Below are positions 34,416 to 47,036 of a stretch of 64,000 nt of DNA, piece after piece. A model generated the notes under the pieces. That model worked only from the letters and a program-made list of their open reading frames with translations. It ran no database searches and was not told where the DNA came from. The translations under genes were made by a program, and so were the position numbers. Numbering within the stretch: the stretch's first letter is position 1; the number at the start of each line of letters is the position of its first letter. Source of the DNA: Leptogorgia sarmentosa (taxonomy: Eukaryota); contig OZ210885.1 in the NCBI GenBank assembly GCA_964658305.1, positions 14,012,001-14,076,000 of the forward strand, given 5' to 3'.

Positions 34416-37400
34416 ACGTTCTGGGTATTACCCGTGTTCAGTTAGTTTTTGCTGAGAAATCATTTTTTATGAAAGATTTTTTCATACTTTTTTTCAATTT
34501 TTCGTGATTTTCATTTTGGGAATCAAGATATCTTCATTATCAAGTTTCATCGTGTGCTTTTTTCTATCAAACCGTGTGTGTTCCTGATTGCTGGAGTGTA
34601 CCACCAATTATCTTTTTGGACTACAGGGATCAGGTGCAATAACTTTCTGGTGAACTATACACTCTGTAAACAAATTGTTGCAGAGTAAGGTATTTTTGCA
34701 TATATATTCTTCGTGTGAACTTTTCGTGGGAACATTAATTATGCCTATATACCAACCTAACCGTGCCATCATTGGTACTATACCTGACGGGGCCATGCAG
34801 CCTCCACCAACTTTAAGTGTCTCATTGATGAATTTGAGCCTCAATTGAAGGACATTATGAAACATTCTTTCAAGAATATCATGCAATTAGGGGCTCGTTC
34901 TTTTGTTATTCACGTGGCTAAAGATTCCGATGTCCCATTATATATTAAACGGGGCCTAAGTTATCACGGACATAAAATTCACTTAAAAGAAGCCAAGAAT
35001 ACAACCACCGTCACTTTACAGCGTGTCCCTTTCGGATTATCCATCTAATCTATCGTTGATACTCTCCGGGTGTATGGCCATGTTAGTGAATGCCTGCATT
35101 AATTATATCGAGGATATGGTGTTTCGAAAGTGGTAGCTGAGATGGATCTCAAATCGGATATCCCATCCCGTATACGTATCAAAGGCAACCCCATTAACAT
35201 CTTTTATCGGGGTCAACCTCGATCATGCTTTGCCTGTGGAGAAGGTGGGCATGTGTCTAAAGATTGTCCGCGTAATCGGAATCGAAATATACACCCCAAA
35301 CCCCAGGTGACTCCGCCTAGTGAAAACCAGAACGTTCAGAAGTCACGCCCTGCAGAGACAACGTCACAACTGCCAACGTCATCACCACCTTCCAGTCCCT
35401 CTGAGTCTACCAAGGTACCGGCGACACCCACTTACGCAGACGCTGTTTCAGGTGCATCATCATCCTTATTGACTGTGGTTCCGTCCAAACCGGTGGAGAC
35501 ATCTCCTTCTGCAAAGATTGCGGTCGCGGTGCTGCCTCGTGAAACGGGTTCGAATTCCGAACACCCGCCATCTGCATCCCAATCTGACTCAACATTGTTG
35601 CCTCCCGAACATCAAGCAAACGAGGTTAAATCTCTCCCACCAAAAGCTCCAGTTGATCCAGTGATCCCCTCTTCAACTTCCACCAAGAGGGCGCATAAGC
35701 AAGATTCGGATTCAGAGAGCGATATTCCCCCCTCCAAGAGGGTCGTATCTACTTCTGTACCAAGTAACGATAAAAGCGACATGGTCATCGATCCTCCTAG
35801 TGCCGAAGCCGAATCGGATGAAGACCCTTTGAAGGTATATGAAGTCACCTCAGTGGAGCAAGATCCCACGGCAGACAGGGTTCCTCCTCCAGAAGTTGAC
35901 CTCACTGAGGACGACGGATGTCTACCAGTTCCAGGTGCGGCTCTCTCCGATCCACCTTCTGCTGCAAAGGTACCCCCCCAAGCGGCAACCGATAATTTGT
36001 CTGTCAACCTGCCCATCCCAGGCAAAGAAAGTGAGGCGAAGATTTCCCAGGAACCTCTCAAGAAGGCGGTAACACCCCTGAGATTGGATCGCTCAGTCTC
36101 TTCTCCCAACCTGCAATCCCCTCAACTATTCACCCCCACCCCACCCACACCCCGTAGCAAGCCTAGTCCTCAAATTTCGCAATTTTCCCAGTCATCTACG
36201 GGATCTCTGTGGACAGCACGGAGTTCCCTGTCCACAAAAACGAAGGGGAAAATAGTATGCAGCAAGGTCTTACACAAGTCCCACCAGCTCAGTTTGTACG
36301 AAAGAAAACCTAGCCAAGTTTGTTCTCGGGGTCCTCTAAGCCTTGGTAATACGTTCCTCCTGACCATCGCATTATCTGACATTTCACAATTTTTTCGATA
36401 TGGCTAATAAAATCAAAATGATAACTCTCAACTGTCAAGGCCTACGGGCTCGTCCTAGTTTGGAAACACTTTTTTCATGGCTAAACTGTTTTGCGCCTGA
36501 CATTGTTTGCCTACAAGAAACGCATTCTCTCTCGGAAGCTGAATTCTCGAAATGGACAGATGAAATGAATAATACGGTCTTATCCAAAACTTCGTATCAA
36601 GTTGTCTCGTCACCGGGTGCTAGCAGAAGTTGTGGCGTCGCCATTCTTTTTCGGTCCGAATTGAGTTTAGAAGCAACCTTTCGAGATGAGGCTGGTAGAA
36701 CAGTGGCAGCGATCCTTAAACATCAGGACGTTACTTTTCAAGTTGCGAACATTTATGGGCCCAATAATAAAAAGGACGGCATCCCTTTCTTTGAATCGTT
36801 GGTTCCTGCACTACAATCGGACTGTCCCATAATACTGTGTGGCGATTTCAATACCGTGTTGAATCCAGCGGCTGACCGCCAATCATGTAACCTTTCGTCG
36901 CCCTGGGCTTATAATAATCCTCCCTCATTGTGTACTCTTATGGATACTTTTGAGTTAACAGACATTTGGCGGAAACATCATCCAACCGAAAAACAGTATA
37001 CTTGGCACCGTCCCAATGGTAGTCAAGCCTCTCGTTTGGACCTCTTCCTGGTCTCCTCTTCCTTGGTAGATTGCATCTCACACACCGACATCCTCCCCTT
37101 TTTTCGCTCTGATCACTGCTACGTATATATGGAGTTCTCTTTGCCGGATCAGATAGCCCTAGGCTCAAGCTATTGGAAATTCAATACTATGCACCTCACG
37201 AACCCGAATTTTCGCAACATGATAGAAACCTTCTGGAAATCATGGCAAAAACACAAGCATCGCTTTTCCTCATTGACGGCTTGGTGGGATAGCGGAAAAA
37301 TTGAGTTACGCAAGCGAATTAAGACTTTCTCACGTCGCGAAGCATCTCGACGGAAATTGAGGAAAAAATCTCTCGAAGCCACAATTTACCATCTGAATCG

Positions 37401-40276
37401 AAGAATGGAGAAAGGAGAAGATGTCCATGAATACTTAGGTGAAGCAAAAGCTGATTTGGATCTACTCATGCAGGAAGCAGCGAGAGGAGCCTAAGTTCGT
37501 GCACGGGTACAATGGGCAGAAGAAGGGGAACGGTCCACTTCATACTTTTTTCAACTGGAAAAACGTCGAGCGACCAAGTCAGTGATCCGATCCATCTCTA
37601 GGCCGGACAGTTTGTTGGCAATGACATCGCATGGCATACTTGAAGTGTTTCGCGAATTCTACTCTGATTTATTTACCTCACAACCCTTAGCGGAGTACGA
37701 CATTGACTTTTTCATATCCCATATTGAGCACACTTTGTCGTCGCACGACCAGAAACTTTGTGAAGGACATCTAACGGTGGAAGAGTGCTTTGAAGCGGTA
37801 AAGAATATGTCACAGAACAAAACCCCTGGGTTGGATGGCCTTCCAGCTGAGTTCTACATCGTCGGTTGTCTCCCTGTCTCAGACTGCCGGTACACCTGGT
37901 CGATTATCGGATGCAAATATCCGTTTAATTAAAGACATTGTTCAGTATGCGAATGAGAAAGATTTTTCGGCGGCTATTATATCCTTAGACCAAGAAAAAG
38001 CCTTTGACTGAGTGGAATGGCCGTTCATGTCACACGTTTTATCTGCCATGGGGTTTGGTCCATCATTTCAACGGTGGGTGAGCCTCCTCTACACCAATAT
38101 CTCCTCAGCGGTTATTGTCAACGGCTTTATATCCAAACCATTTGCTGTTTCCAGGGGTGTCCGTCAAGGTTGCCCACTTTCCCCGTTACTTTATATCCTA
38201 GTGATCGAGGCTTTGGCTATTACCATCGAGAAGGACACGAGCATTGATGGTTTTACTCTTCCTGATGGCTCTCGACAAAAGTTATGCCAATATGCTGATG
38301 ATACTACGGCGTTGGTCATGTCAGATCAATCTATCCTGCAGCTCTTTGCAACATGTAAGCAGTACGAATCAGCATCGGGAGCCAAGCTCAATCCAAGTAA
38401 ATGTGAGGGCCTTCTGCTTGGTGCCTGGCGTGCTCGGTCAACCTTCCCTGTGGAACTCAATTGGAAAGCAGATTGTATTCGTGTCCTCGGGAGTCGTATC
38501 AGCAATGACGGTTCAGAGGATTGGCAATTCCCCCTCGACAAATACACCAAATTGTTGGAATCCTGGAAGCGTCGTGACCTTTCCTTTCGTGGGTGTACTA
38601 TGGTAACAAAGACTCTTGGGTTGAGTCTTTTCTGGTATCTCGCCACCTTCCAAGAGATACCGTCGAAGATACTGGCAACGATCAACTCGTTGACATTTTC
38701 ATATATTTGGGGCAAGAAACGAGAATGGTTAGCCCGAAATTCGGTGACCCAACCTGTGGGATCTGGTGGTCTTGGTGCTGTTGATGTTGGACGTAAGATA
38801 CAATCTCTACATTGCCTATGGATCAAACGGTACCTACTTGGTCCTTGTCATGGTTTTTTTTAATATTTCGCAATGTGTGCTTTCCCCAACAAAGCATCAA
38901 TGACTGACATCCTATTACACCCACGCCCCGCTACTCGTTCTTTACACGCTCTACCGGCATTCTACAAATCCATCCTCTGTTCCTGGGTAGCACTGAATCC
39001 TAGCCTTTCGGAACAGATCTGGAAAGTACGCGCACCGAAACCACCGGACATAACCATTGACCACCTAAGCGCCAAGCTAGCCTATGATCTTCTTCGAAAG
39101 CCTTTCTCCCATCGCTGCTTCGAACATTCACATACCTTAGGGCCAGCTAAAGAGTGGAAGTGGGTGTGGCATAATTTATCACTGTGGAACTACGTGCGAT
39201 CTGTACAGGACACTGCGTGGCTTTCTGCCCATGGAATTCTTCCTACAGCTGATCGTCTACAGCGATTTGGACAACAAGTGTCGGGGGAGTGTCACTGTGG
39301 CTGCCCAGAGACTCTCGTCCATCTATTTACGGAGTGTCAAGTTGACATCGACGTGCTCCACTGGTTCTTAGCACGTTTCCAACAGTACCTTCCGCACAGC
39401 AAATATCCTACCGACCAAGAACTCCTTTTCGGTTTTCATCCAGCTCGCAAAATTCCTGTCGCATACTCAGCGATGTTAGGTGTTATCCGCCACCATTTAT
39501 GGCTGACCCGGAATGCTTCCCGTTTCGACTCCACCAAACCGGATGTGGACTTTATCCTATCCCGTGTCAAGTCAACTTTCCGATTCCTACTACGTGTCCA
39601 ACATCGTAATTGTAAACCAGAGCTGTTTGATCGTGAATGGCTGGCAAAGGGGGCCATCGGGGTCTTAACTCCCGACAACGTTCTCATTCTGCGACAGGAC
39701 TTTCGCACTTGACCATATTGTGTGTTGTATTTTGTGTTACTGTCACCATACGGGGGTCGCCTTGATTGGTTGTACTGCTGTCCTTGGGGCAGTCTAACTT
39801 GTGTGTACACTGTTTCCTTACTGTCGAGGCAATGTTTGTATAACTCGTGAAATAGTAATATCGTATGTCCTGTAATATGTTTAATTGTCTTGCCGAGATA
39901 TGCGGCGTGTATAGTGGTCTCGTAATGTTTCGCAATTTTGGCCCGTGGTTCTTTCAAGTCTAACTCCCAAGGATTGCACAGGTATCTGGTGGACTCAGGG
40001 GTGCTCATGTCATCATCGACTTCAGTTTCAGATCATCTACTTCATTCAATCACCATCATAGAGTTAGGGAACCCCAGGCGTGACAGCGCTTAGCACTTGA
40101 TCGTCTGGACCACTCACGAGTCGTTTCATGGCACGGGGGAGAGGGTCGTACTCTCTGTTGATCTGCTTGCTGTGTAGCAACCCCCTGGGTGCGGCGTTCG
40201 CACAAAAGTTCAGGTTGCATTGCACCGACGGAACCGGATCAGAAACGATGCAAACTTTACGTCGTTCAATTCAAAA
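34416..40276 (+). mobile_element. Tx1-clade element C (third family) inserted in U2; ORF1 ~34741-36380 and ORF2 36400-39712 both disrupted
   Basis: Flanked by U2 nt 1-24 and U2 nt 22 onward; YRGQPRSCFACGEGGHVSKDCP; LQETH, GDFN, SDH, QGCPLSP, YADD; ends CAATTCAAAA. Confidence 0.93.
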
Positions 40277-40605
40277 TAAGATCAAGTGTAGTATCTGTTC
40301 TTATCAGCTTAATATCTGACATCTACTTCATTCAATCACCATCATAGAGTTAGGGAACCCCAGGCGTGACAGCGCTTAGCACTTGATCGTCAGGGCCACT
40401 CACGAGTCGTTCCATGGCACGGGGGAGAGGGTCGTACTCTCTGTTGATCTGCTTGCTGTGTAGCAACCCCCTGGGTGCGGCGTTCACACAAAAGTTCAGG
40501 TTCCATTGCACCGACGGAACCGGATCAGAAACGATCCAAACTTTACGTCGTTCAATTCAAAATAAGATCAAGTGTAGTATCTGTTCTTATCAGCTTAATA
40601 TCTGA
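40034..40605 (+). repeat. Two imperfect 286-bp direct repeats (element C 3' end plus U2 nt 22-64)
   Basis: 40034-40319 and 40320-40605, differing at about 6-7 positions in the element part. Confidence 0.92.
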
Positions 40606-40729
40606 TATGTTAGGCAATGTCCTAACTCATATATTAAACTGATTTTTGGACCTCGGCCATGGGATTGAAGCTTGCTTCGCCCTGGCCACGGGTTGTCTCG
40701 GTATTGCACTACCTCCGAGTACGGCCCAC
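40563..40729 (+). ncRNA. U2: U2 snRNA 3' part (nt 22 to ~188)
   Basis: TAAGATCAAGTGTAGTATCTGTTCTTATCAG, Sm site GATTTTTGG, SLIV CTCGG-TATTGCACTACCT-CCGAG. Confidence 0.96.
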
Positions 40730-41183
40730 TTCCCCCAATTTCATTATTGGGGGAAGATTTCTCACTCACTATCAGTTCAAAATCAGTCTAACAAATTATT
40801 CTTGACTTTACAGATAGATCCTTGCCGCGAACCGGCATTTGGCAAGAGATACGTATACAATGACATATTCAGTGCGGATGACCGACGACGAAGGAATTAT
40901 GGTAAGCAGCCTAACACATTCATGTTATAATAGTCTTGGGTAGCTGCTCGTTGGCCAACAAAGCTTAAGCAGCATCGCTGTTCATGAGATTTACATTCTT
41001 TGGTTTTTTTGTAAACTCGTATTGAATATGCGGGTCGAGAATTGTCGGAACGTGCAAACATGGTGCAGTCCGAGAGATCGATCGATCCATCTATCGACAG
41101 ACAAACTCATCCCCATGCATTCGTTCCACAAGCATTCCTCGAGGTTGAAGCGTATAAAAGGTAATCGTATGCGCCATGAAGTC
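40730..41183 (+). promoter_or_regulatory. U2-U1 intergenic spacer including the U1 promoter
   Basis: Distal part matches 7050-7250 and ~53336-53609. Confidence 0.75.
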
Positions 41184-41200
41184 ATACTTACCTGACGCGA
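41184..41200 (+). ncRNA. U1: U1 snRNA nt 1-17, interrupted by element E
   Basis: ATACTTACCTGACGCGA directly after the U1 promoter. Confidence 0.92.
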
Positions 41201-44200
41201 CCGTCTTTGTCGTGTCAGGTTCTTCATACTTGCAGTAGAGGATCTATGCTCAGGAACACGGACCCGTAACTCTGCTCGCAAGGTTTACAACTAGCTGCAG
41301 TTCTTTTTGCAGACATGCCTTCTTCTTTGTTCTGTCTTCCCGCTGTCTGGCCGGCCTACTAGGTGTCAAGGTAGCAGTTAGTCCATTCTTTTTTCTTTTG
41401 GACAGCTTTTCTTGTTCTTCGGAACTCGATTGGTAGTCTTTCCTGCTGTTTGTTGCGCGGTTAGTACGCGACACAGCATAGGGCCGCCCATTAGTGTTTT
41501 TTATTGTTTTTATTAGGTAGTGGGTAATAGCTCTTGTGTGTGACCTGTCGAGCAGTCTGTTTGGGGACAACTCAAAGGTCGGTGGTCTTTTTAGGTTCTT
41601 TTTTGCATTCGGTGTTGCGGATTGAGGTCGGTGGACCAACATATCCGTTCCCCGGCTCTTTTTCTTTTTGAAGGACCTTTCCACTTAGTTTTTTTTGGTG
41701 GATTGTGCGCCTCCCCAGATGCCGGATCAATACCTCTACGACGCCTTGGCACCATACGGCCGTGTTATTTCGGTGAAGCATTTAACCATCAAGGGCTTCC
41801 CGACCGTTAAATCTGGCACACGTATGGTGCAAATAGTCATTTCAAAGGCTATTCCAGCTGAAATTTGCATAGTTGTTACCGCGGGCAGCCTCCTAATTGC
41901 TTTGCGTGCCAAGAGGTGGGGCACACTGTAAAGGAGTGCCCAAAGTCATCGAAACAGAGGAATCAGGGCCGTCAAACTAGAAATAAAAATAGTATTGGTA
42001 AATCTACGCCTACAGAGGCTGAGGATAGTAATAACTCGCCGGGTTTGTCCGGCCTTTCTAAATCGTCCTCTGCCTCTCGCACTGGAGACCTTCGCGAGAA
42101 GATAACGCCAAAGGCTAGTAAGTCGGCAGTGCCCCAACCTACCAGTACAACTAAGCCGGCAAAAGGTTCGCTCAAGGACAAGTCATCCTCTTCTTCTTCT
42201 TCTTCTTGCACGGGTGACCTTCGGGAGAAGTTAACGAAGAAGAAGACTAGCGAGCCAGCACTGCCATATGTTCCGGCTGTAGCGGCTAAGGAGAATGCTC
42301 CTCAGGCTAAGGGGGTTAATCCCCTATTAGTTTCGGCTAAGGAGAGCACCTTCCTGCCGGCTTCGTCTGGCCCTGCTACATCGAGCTCTTCTTCTCGCCC
42401 TAGAGACCTTAGGGAGAAGCTGAGGAAGAAGGCTCCTAAGCCCACAGGTCACTCTGAGCAGACTACTTTGACGCCTCCGACAGCTGAACATCTGAAGAGC
42501 AAATCCTTTGATTTTGCGCTGTTGCTTTCTCAGTGTCGCCTTGGCAAGTCACCCAGGCATGATCCTTTTTCTTCTTCCTCCTCCAGAAGTGAGGATGAAG
42601 CTGGTAAAGTTGGCAAGAGAGTATGCACGTCTGCTCCTGCGCCTCCGAGTCCATCCAACGTTAGCGTGTGGCCAGGGTTCCCGAGCCCTCCGACTAAAAC
42701 TGCCACTCCTGAGGCCATGGAGGCGGAGGCTGACGTGGACAAGTGCTTGAGTGGTGATACGGTAGTGGACCCTATCGTCGCTCACGAATCTGCACCTGCT
42801 CTTGCCTCTACTTAGCCAGCCGGATCCCCGGAGCGTATGGATGATGCTCCTGTGCCTCCTCAGGCGGATGTGGACGATGATCATGCTGCTTCGCAGGATC
42901 CTCCTGCAGTGGATGTCTCGCCCCAACAGTCTGAGTCATCCCTCGATCTTTTCCAGGCACTGGCAGCCATCCATGAAGACTCACTGACTCGTCTTCGTGA
43001 CGATGTCAGTGAGGTTGGTGCATCTTCAACATGCACGACTTTTAGTGATCAGCTTCATGCTGATCAACTCGAGGAGGTCCTTCTTGGTGAGCCGCCCACT
43101 TCTGGGACATCAGATTCCGATGGCGAGTCTGATGTCCATTAACATCAACGGTCTTAACGACTGTGTTAAACGAACCGCCCTGGTGGATTGTTTAAAGTGT
43201 ATGAAGGTGGATGTAGCATGTTTGCAAGAAACGCATGCTCCTTCGCACGAATCCATTAGGAAGTGGTTCGCTAACTCTGGCTTTCGAGTTGTCTCGTCGT
43301 CAGTGTCAAATAAGCGTTGTGGGACGGCTATTCCTATTAAAGATTGCCACAAGGTCAAACAGGTGATCCGAGACGATGATGGACGGTTTGTCCAAGTCTT
43401 GGTTGATTTTGGGGAAGATCAGCTAAGTTTCGTCTCATTATATGCCCCAAATAAGAATCCGGCTTGTAACGCTTTTTTCGCTTCAATTCCTGGTTTAATT
43501 GATCTTACCAGGCCCACATTTGTTTGTGGTGATTTTAATTCTGTTCTAGATGATGATCGGCATAGGCTTCGGCGTGCTTCTTACACTGGTGCTGCCTCTT
43601 CGCGCGCCCAGGAAAGTGGCCCGGCTTTGCAGGCCCTACTATCTCATACCCAGACATATCCGGTGTGGCGTACATTACATCACACGCAGACAGCTTATTC
43701 CTGGACCCATGGGTCCGGAACCTTTGGCTCGCGCATCGATATGGTCTGGGCCCCGACTTGTCTGGAACAGTCTATTAGGGAATGTGAATATCATCCCTCC
43801 TTTTTATCCGATCATCAGTACTTGCTGGTCAAGTTCGATTTTGGTGATCGCATCGTTAGTGGTCCTGGAGTGTGGAAGTTTAATACTTCCCTCCTGGACG
43901 ACGAAACCTATTGCTCGCTTGTCACTTCTTTTTGGTCCTTCTGGCAGGTCCATTATACACCTGAGGCCTTTCCCTCCATTTTGGATTGGTGGGACCAAGG
44001 GAAGTTCTACCTTAGAGAAGTGACATGCACTTTTAGTCGGTCAAAGGAGCTGGACCGGCGTGAACATAAATCGTTCCTGACCAAGCAAATGCACAGATTG
44101 CAACGTCTTTTTGAAGCAGGGGATACCTCTGCATTCGCTAAGCTTTGCGAGGTACAGGAAGAGCTCCGAGGCATTGCTTTGCATAAAGCTAGAGGGGCAC

Positions 44201-44560
44201 AAGTTCGTGCTCGTTGTCAGTGGGCTGAGGAGGGGAAAACTTCCTCCTCCTTTTTTCTCAATTTAGCCACTAAGCGACATGCAAAGCAGGAGATGCACTC
44301 CATTCGAGACCCCGACACCGGTTCCGTGCGCCGCGACCCTTTTGAGATCTTGGACGTCTAGCAGCGGTATTACACCAGACTCTTTACTGCGGCACGCTGC
44401 GATACATCTGCTCAGGATGAGATGCTGTCAAAGCTGTCTCGCCGCCTTAGTAAGGAGGAACGTGCGTGTTGTGAGGGTCTTCTGTCTTTAGAGGAGTGTT
44501 TTACTGCCCTATCGGTTATGGCTAGGGGAAAGACTCCGGGTTTCGATGGCTTTCCCGGAT
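41201..44560 (+). mobile_element. U1-targeting Tx1 element E: 5' end intact, ORF1 partly deleted, EN and start of RT present
   Basis: 5' UTR and ORF1 homologous to D and G; ORF2 from 43120 with LQETH, GDFN, SDH, GPGVWKFN. Confidence 0.88.
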
Positions 44561-47036
44561 CAGAAAGAGGTTCTCCCAGATAGTCTTTTTTATCTTCAGC
44601 TTTTCTCTGCATCCCTTTTATCTCCCTTGGATGAGTCCTTTTTTATAAACAGTTTAGATAAATCTCTCTCTTCTGAAGAAGCCCAGCTTTGTGAAGGAGA
44701 AGTCACATTACCTGAATGTCAGCGAGCTCTGAACTTGTTTAAACATAACAAATCTCCGGGTCTTGATGGCTTGCCATACGAATTTTACCAGTCCTTTTGG
44801 GACATACTAGGACCTGATTTAGTTTCTGTTTATAATGATTGCTTGGCACGAGGTGCTCTTTCTTTTTCCCAGAGAACTGGACTAATCTCGCTTCTCTTTA
44901 AGAAAAACGATCGTTTAGACGTCAAGAATTGGCGGCCCATTTCCCTTTTGTGCACCGATTATAAAATTTTATCTAAGGTGCTAACCAACCGCCTTAAAGT
45001 TGTACTATCTTCGGTAATTTCCGAATCCCAAGCTTGTGGTGTTCCTGGCCGGTTTTCCGGGCTGAATGTACGGACATTACAAGATGTAGTAAATTTTTGT
45101 AATCGTACTAATACCGGAGGGGCTATTATCTCCTTAGATCAAGAGAAGGCTTTTGATCGGGTCGACTGGGGGTTCATGCTTCGCACCTTAGAAAAGATGC
45201 ATTTTGGTCCATCCTTTTGTGCATGGGTCAAACTCCTGCACACCAGCATTTTTTCCCGCATTTTGGTAAATGGTTTTGTGAGCGATGCTTTTGTTATTAC
45301 TTGTGGCATACGTCAAGGGTGTCCTCTTTCTCCCTTACTCTATATCATTGTGGCAGAGACCATCTCCAGTGCCATAAAAAAGGACCTTAACATTGACGGT
45401 TTCGAAATGTTCAACGGTGAGACTATAAAAATTTTCCAATACGCCGACGATACATCCGTTATCGTTCACTCCGAGCAGGCCCTGCAGTCGCTTTTTTCTC
45501 TCTTCGAGAGATACGAAAGGGCGTCTGGCGCAAAACTAAACATAGCTAAAAGTCACGGTCTTCTTTTCGGCTCCTGGAAGAACCGAGTTGACCTACCTGT
45601 TCAACTCAACTGGTCTAGTGACGCCATAACGGTGCTGGGGTGTCGGGTTGCAAACATAGAATCTGCTGACTGGGACTCCTTGGTTGCAAAGTTAGAGCAA
45701 CAACTCTCTCTTTGGAAGCAGCGTCAGCTGTCCTTTAGGGGCAGAGCGCTCATTGTCAATACCTAGGGGCTGTCGCTCTTTTGGTATCAAGCGACAATTT
45801 TTGATCTTCCCAAAATGACGATTGCCAAAATCAACAAAATCATTTTCACTTTTGTTTGGGGCAAAAAGCGAGAATGGATGGCACGCACATCCGTAGTCCA
45901 GCCCATCGGAGATGGTGGTTTAAATATTGTGGATGTCCCAAACAAGATTTTGTCCATTCGTGCAGTTTGGCTCCGCCGTTTTTTTACCAATCAGACACAC
46001 CCATGGTCCTGTTTTTTCCCCACCATATTGAGGTGGTTTTTGGTCAGCCGGTTGCTGATGTTCTGGCTCGGGATCCCATCCCAGCCTACTTAATAAAAAA
46101 ACTACCTCACTGTTATAGGGGTGTACTGTCCGCATGGGTATCGTTACACGGCCGAAACGATCAGGGCGCTTGGGTTCTCCCTCGCACTTCAGGTCAATTG
46201 CTTCCTCTTGAAGAGCTGACTGCCAGTACGGCATATTCTCTTCTTCGCCGCTCTTCCACCGTTGAACACCGCTCAGTTGCTAAATTTAGAGACTGGGGCA
46301 TAACTGTACAGTGGCAAGCTGTGTGGGCGAGCCTATATCTTTGGCGGTTTGTCCGGTCGGTCCAGGATACGGCCTGGCTCACCTTCCATGGCATCCTTCC
46401 CACGGCAGATCGTCTAGTCCGTTTTGGGATGAGAGTTCATCCCTTGTGTTTTTGTGGTGCGCAAGAGAATTTGCTTCACCTTTTTACCTCTTGCCCCTTT
46501 TCCCTCTCCATTCTTGACTGGTTTCAGTCAATTCTCAGGAAACATCAGCCGAATGCACCTCCAATACCAGCAGACAACGTTTTATTTGGATTTGTGTCCA
46601 ATAATAGTATGCCTACCGCCTTTTCTGCCCTACTGGGCGTGCTCCGCCACACCATTTGGTTAAGCCGTAATGCACAACGTTTCGACCATAAAGCCCCAGA
46701 CGTCACCTTCTCGCTGAAGAAGGCAAAAACCACCTTCCGCTTTCTGGTGCGAATGCAAAAACGGCATTGCCCTCGGGATAGGTTCGTCCACGAGTGGCTA
46801 GCAGATGGTGTAATCGGCTCGTTAACAGAGCAAGAGTGGATCCGCTTCACACGTGACTTCATCACTTAATCCCTTATCTCGTCTTTCCTTCCTTCTCTCT
46901 TTCTCCTCTCTTGAATAGTGTGGTCTAGGGGCACGATGGTCGCCTTCACTGGTTGTACTGTCGTCGCCTTCTGGACTCGTTTGTCCTTTTGTTTCGTTGT
47001 CTTGGACTGGACAGCACAATTGTTTTATGTTAAATG
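44561..47036 (+). mobile_element. Tx1 fragment F (B-like family): RT, C-terminus and start of 3' UTR
   Basis: ORFs 44546-45766 and 45856-46869 resemble element B ORF2 and end WIRFTRDFIT; 3' UTR motif at 46938. Confidence 0.85.

Noticed and set aside
41201..41330. HDV-like self-cleaving ribozyme at element 5' ends, as in R2
   Set aside because: I could not fit the nested double pseudoknot by eye; a descriptor search would be needed
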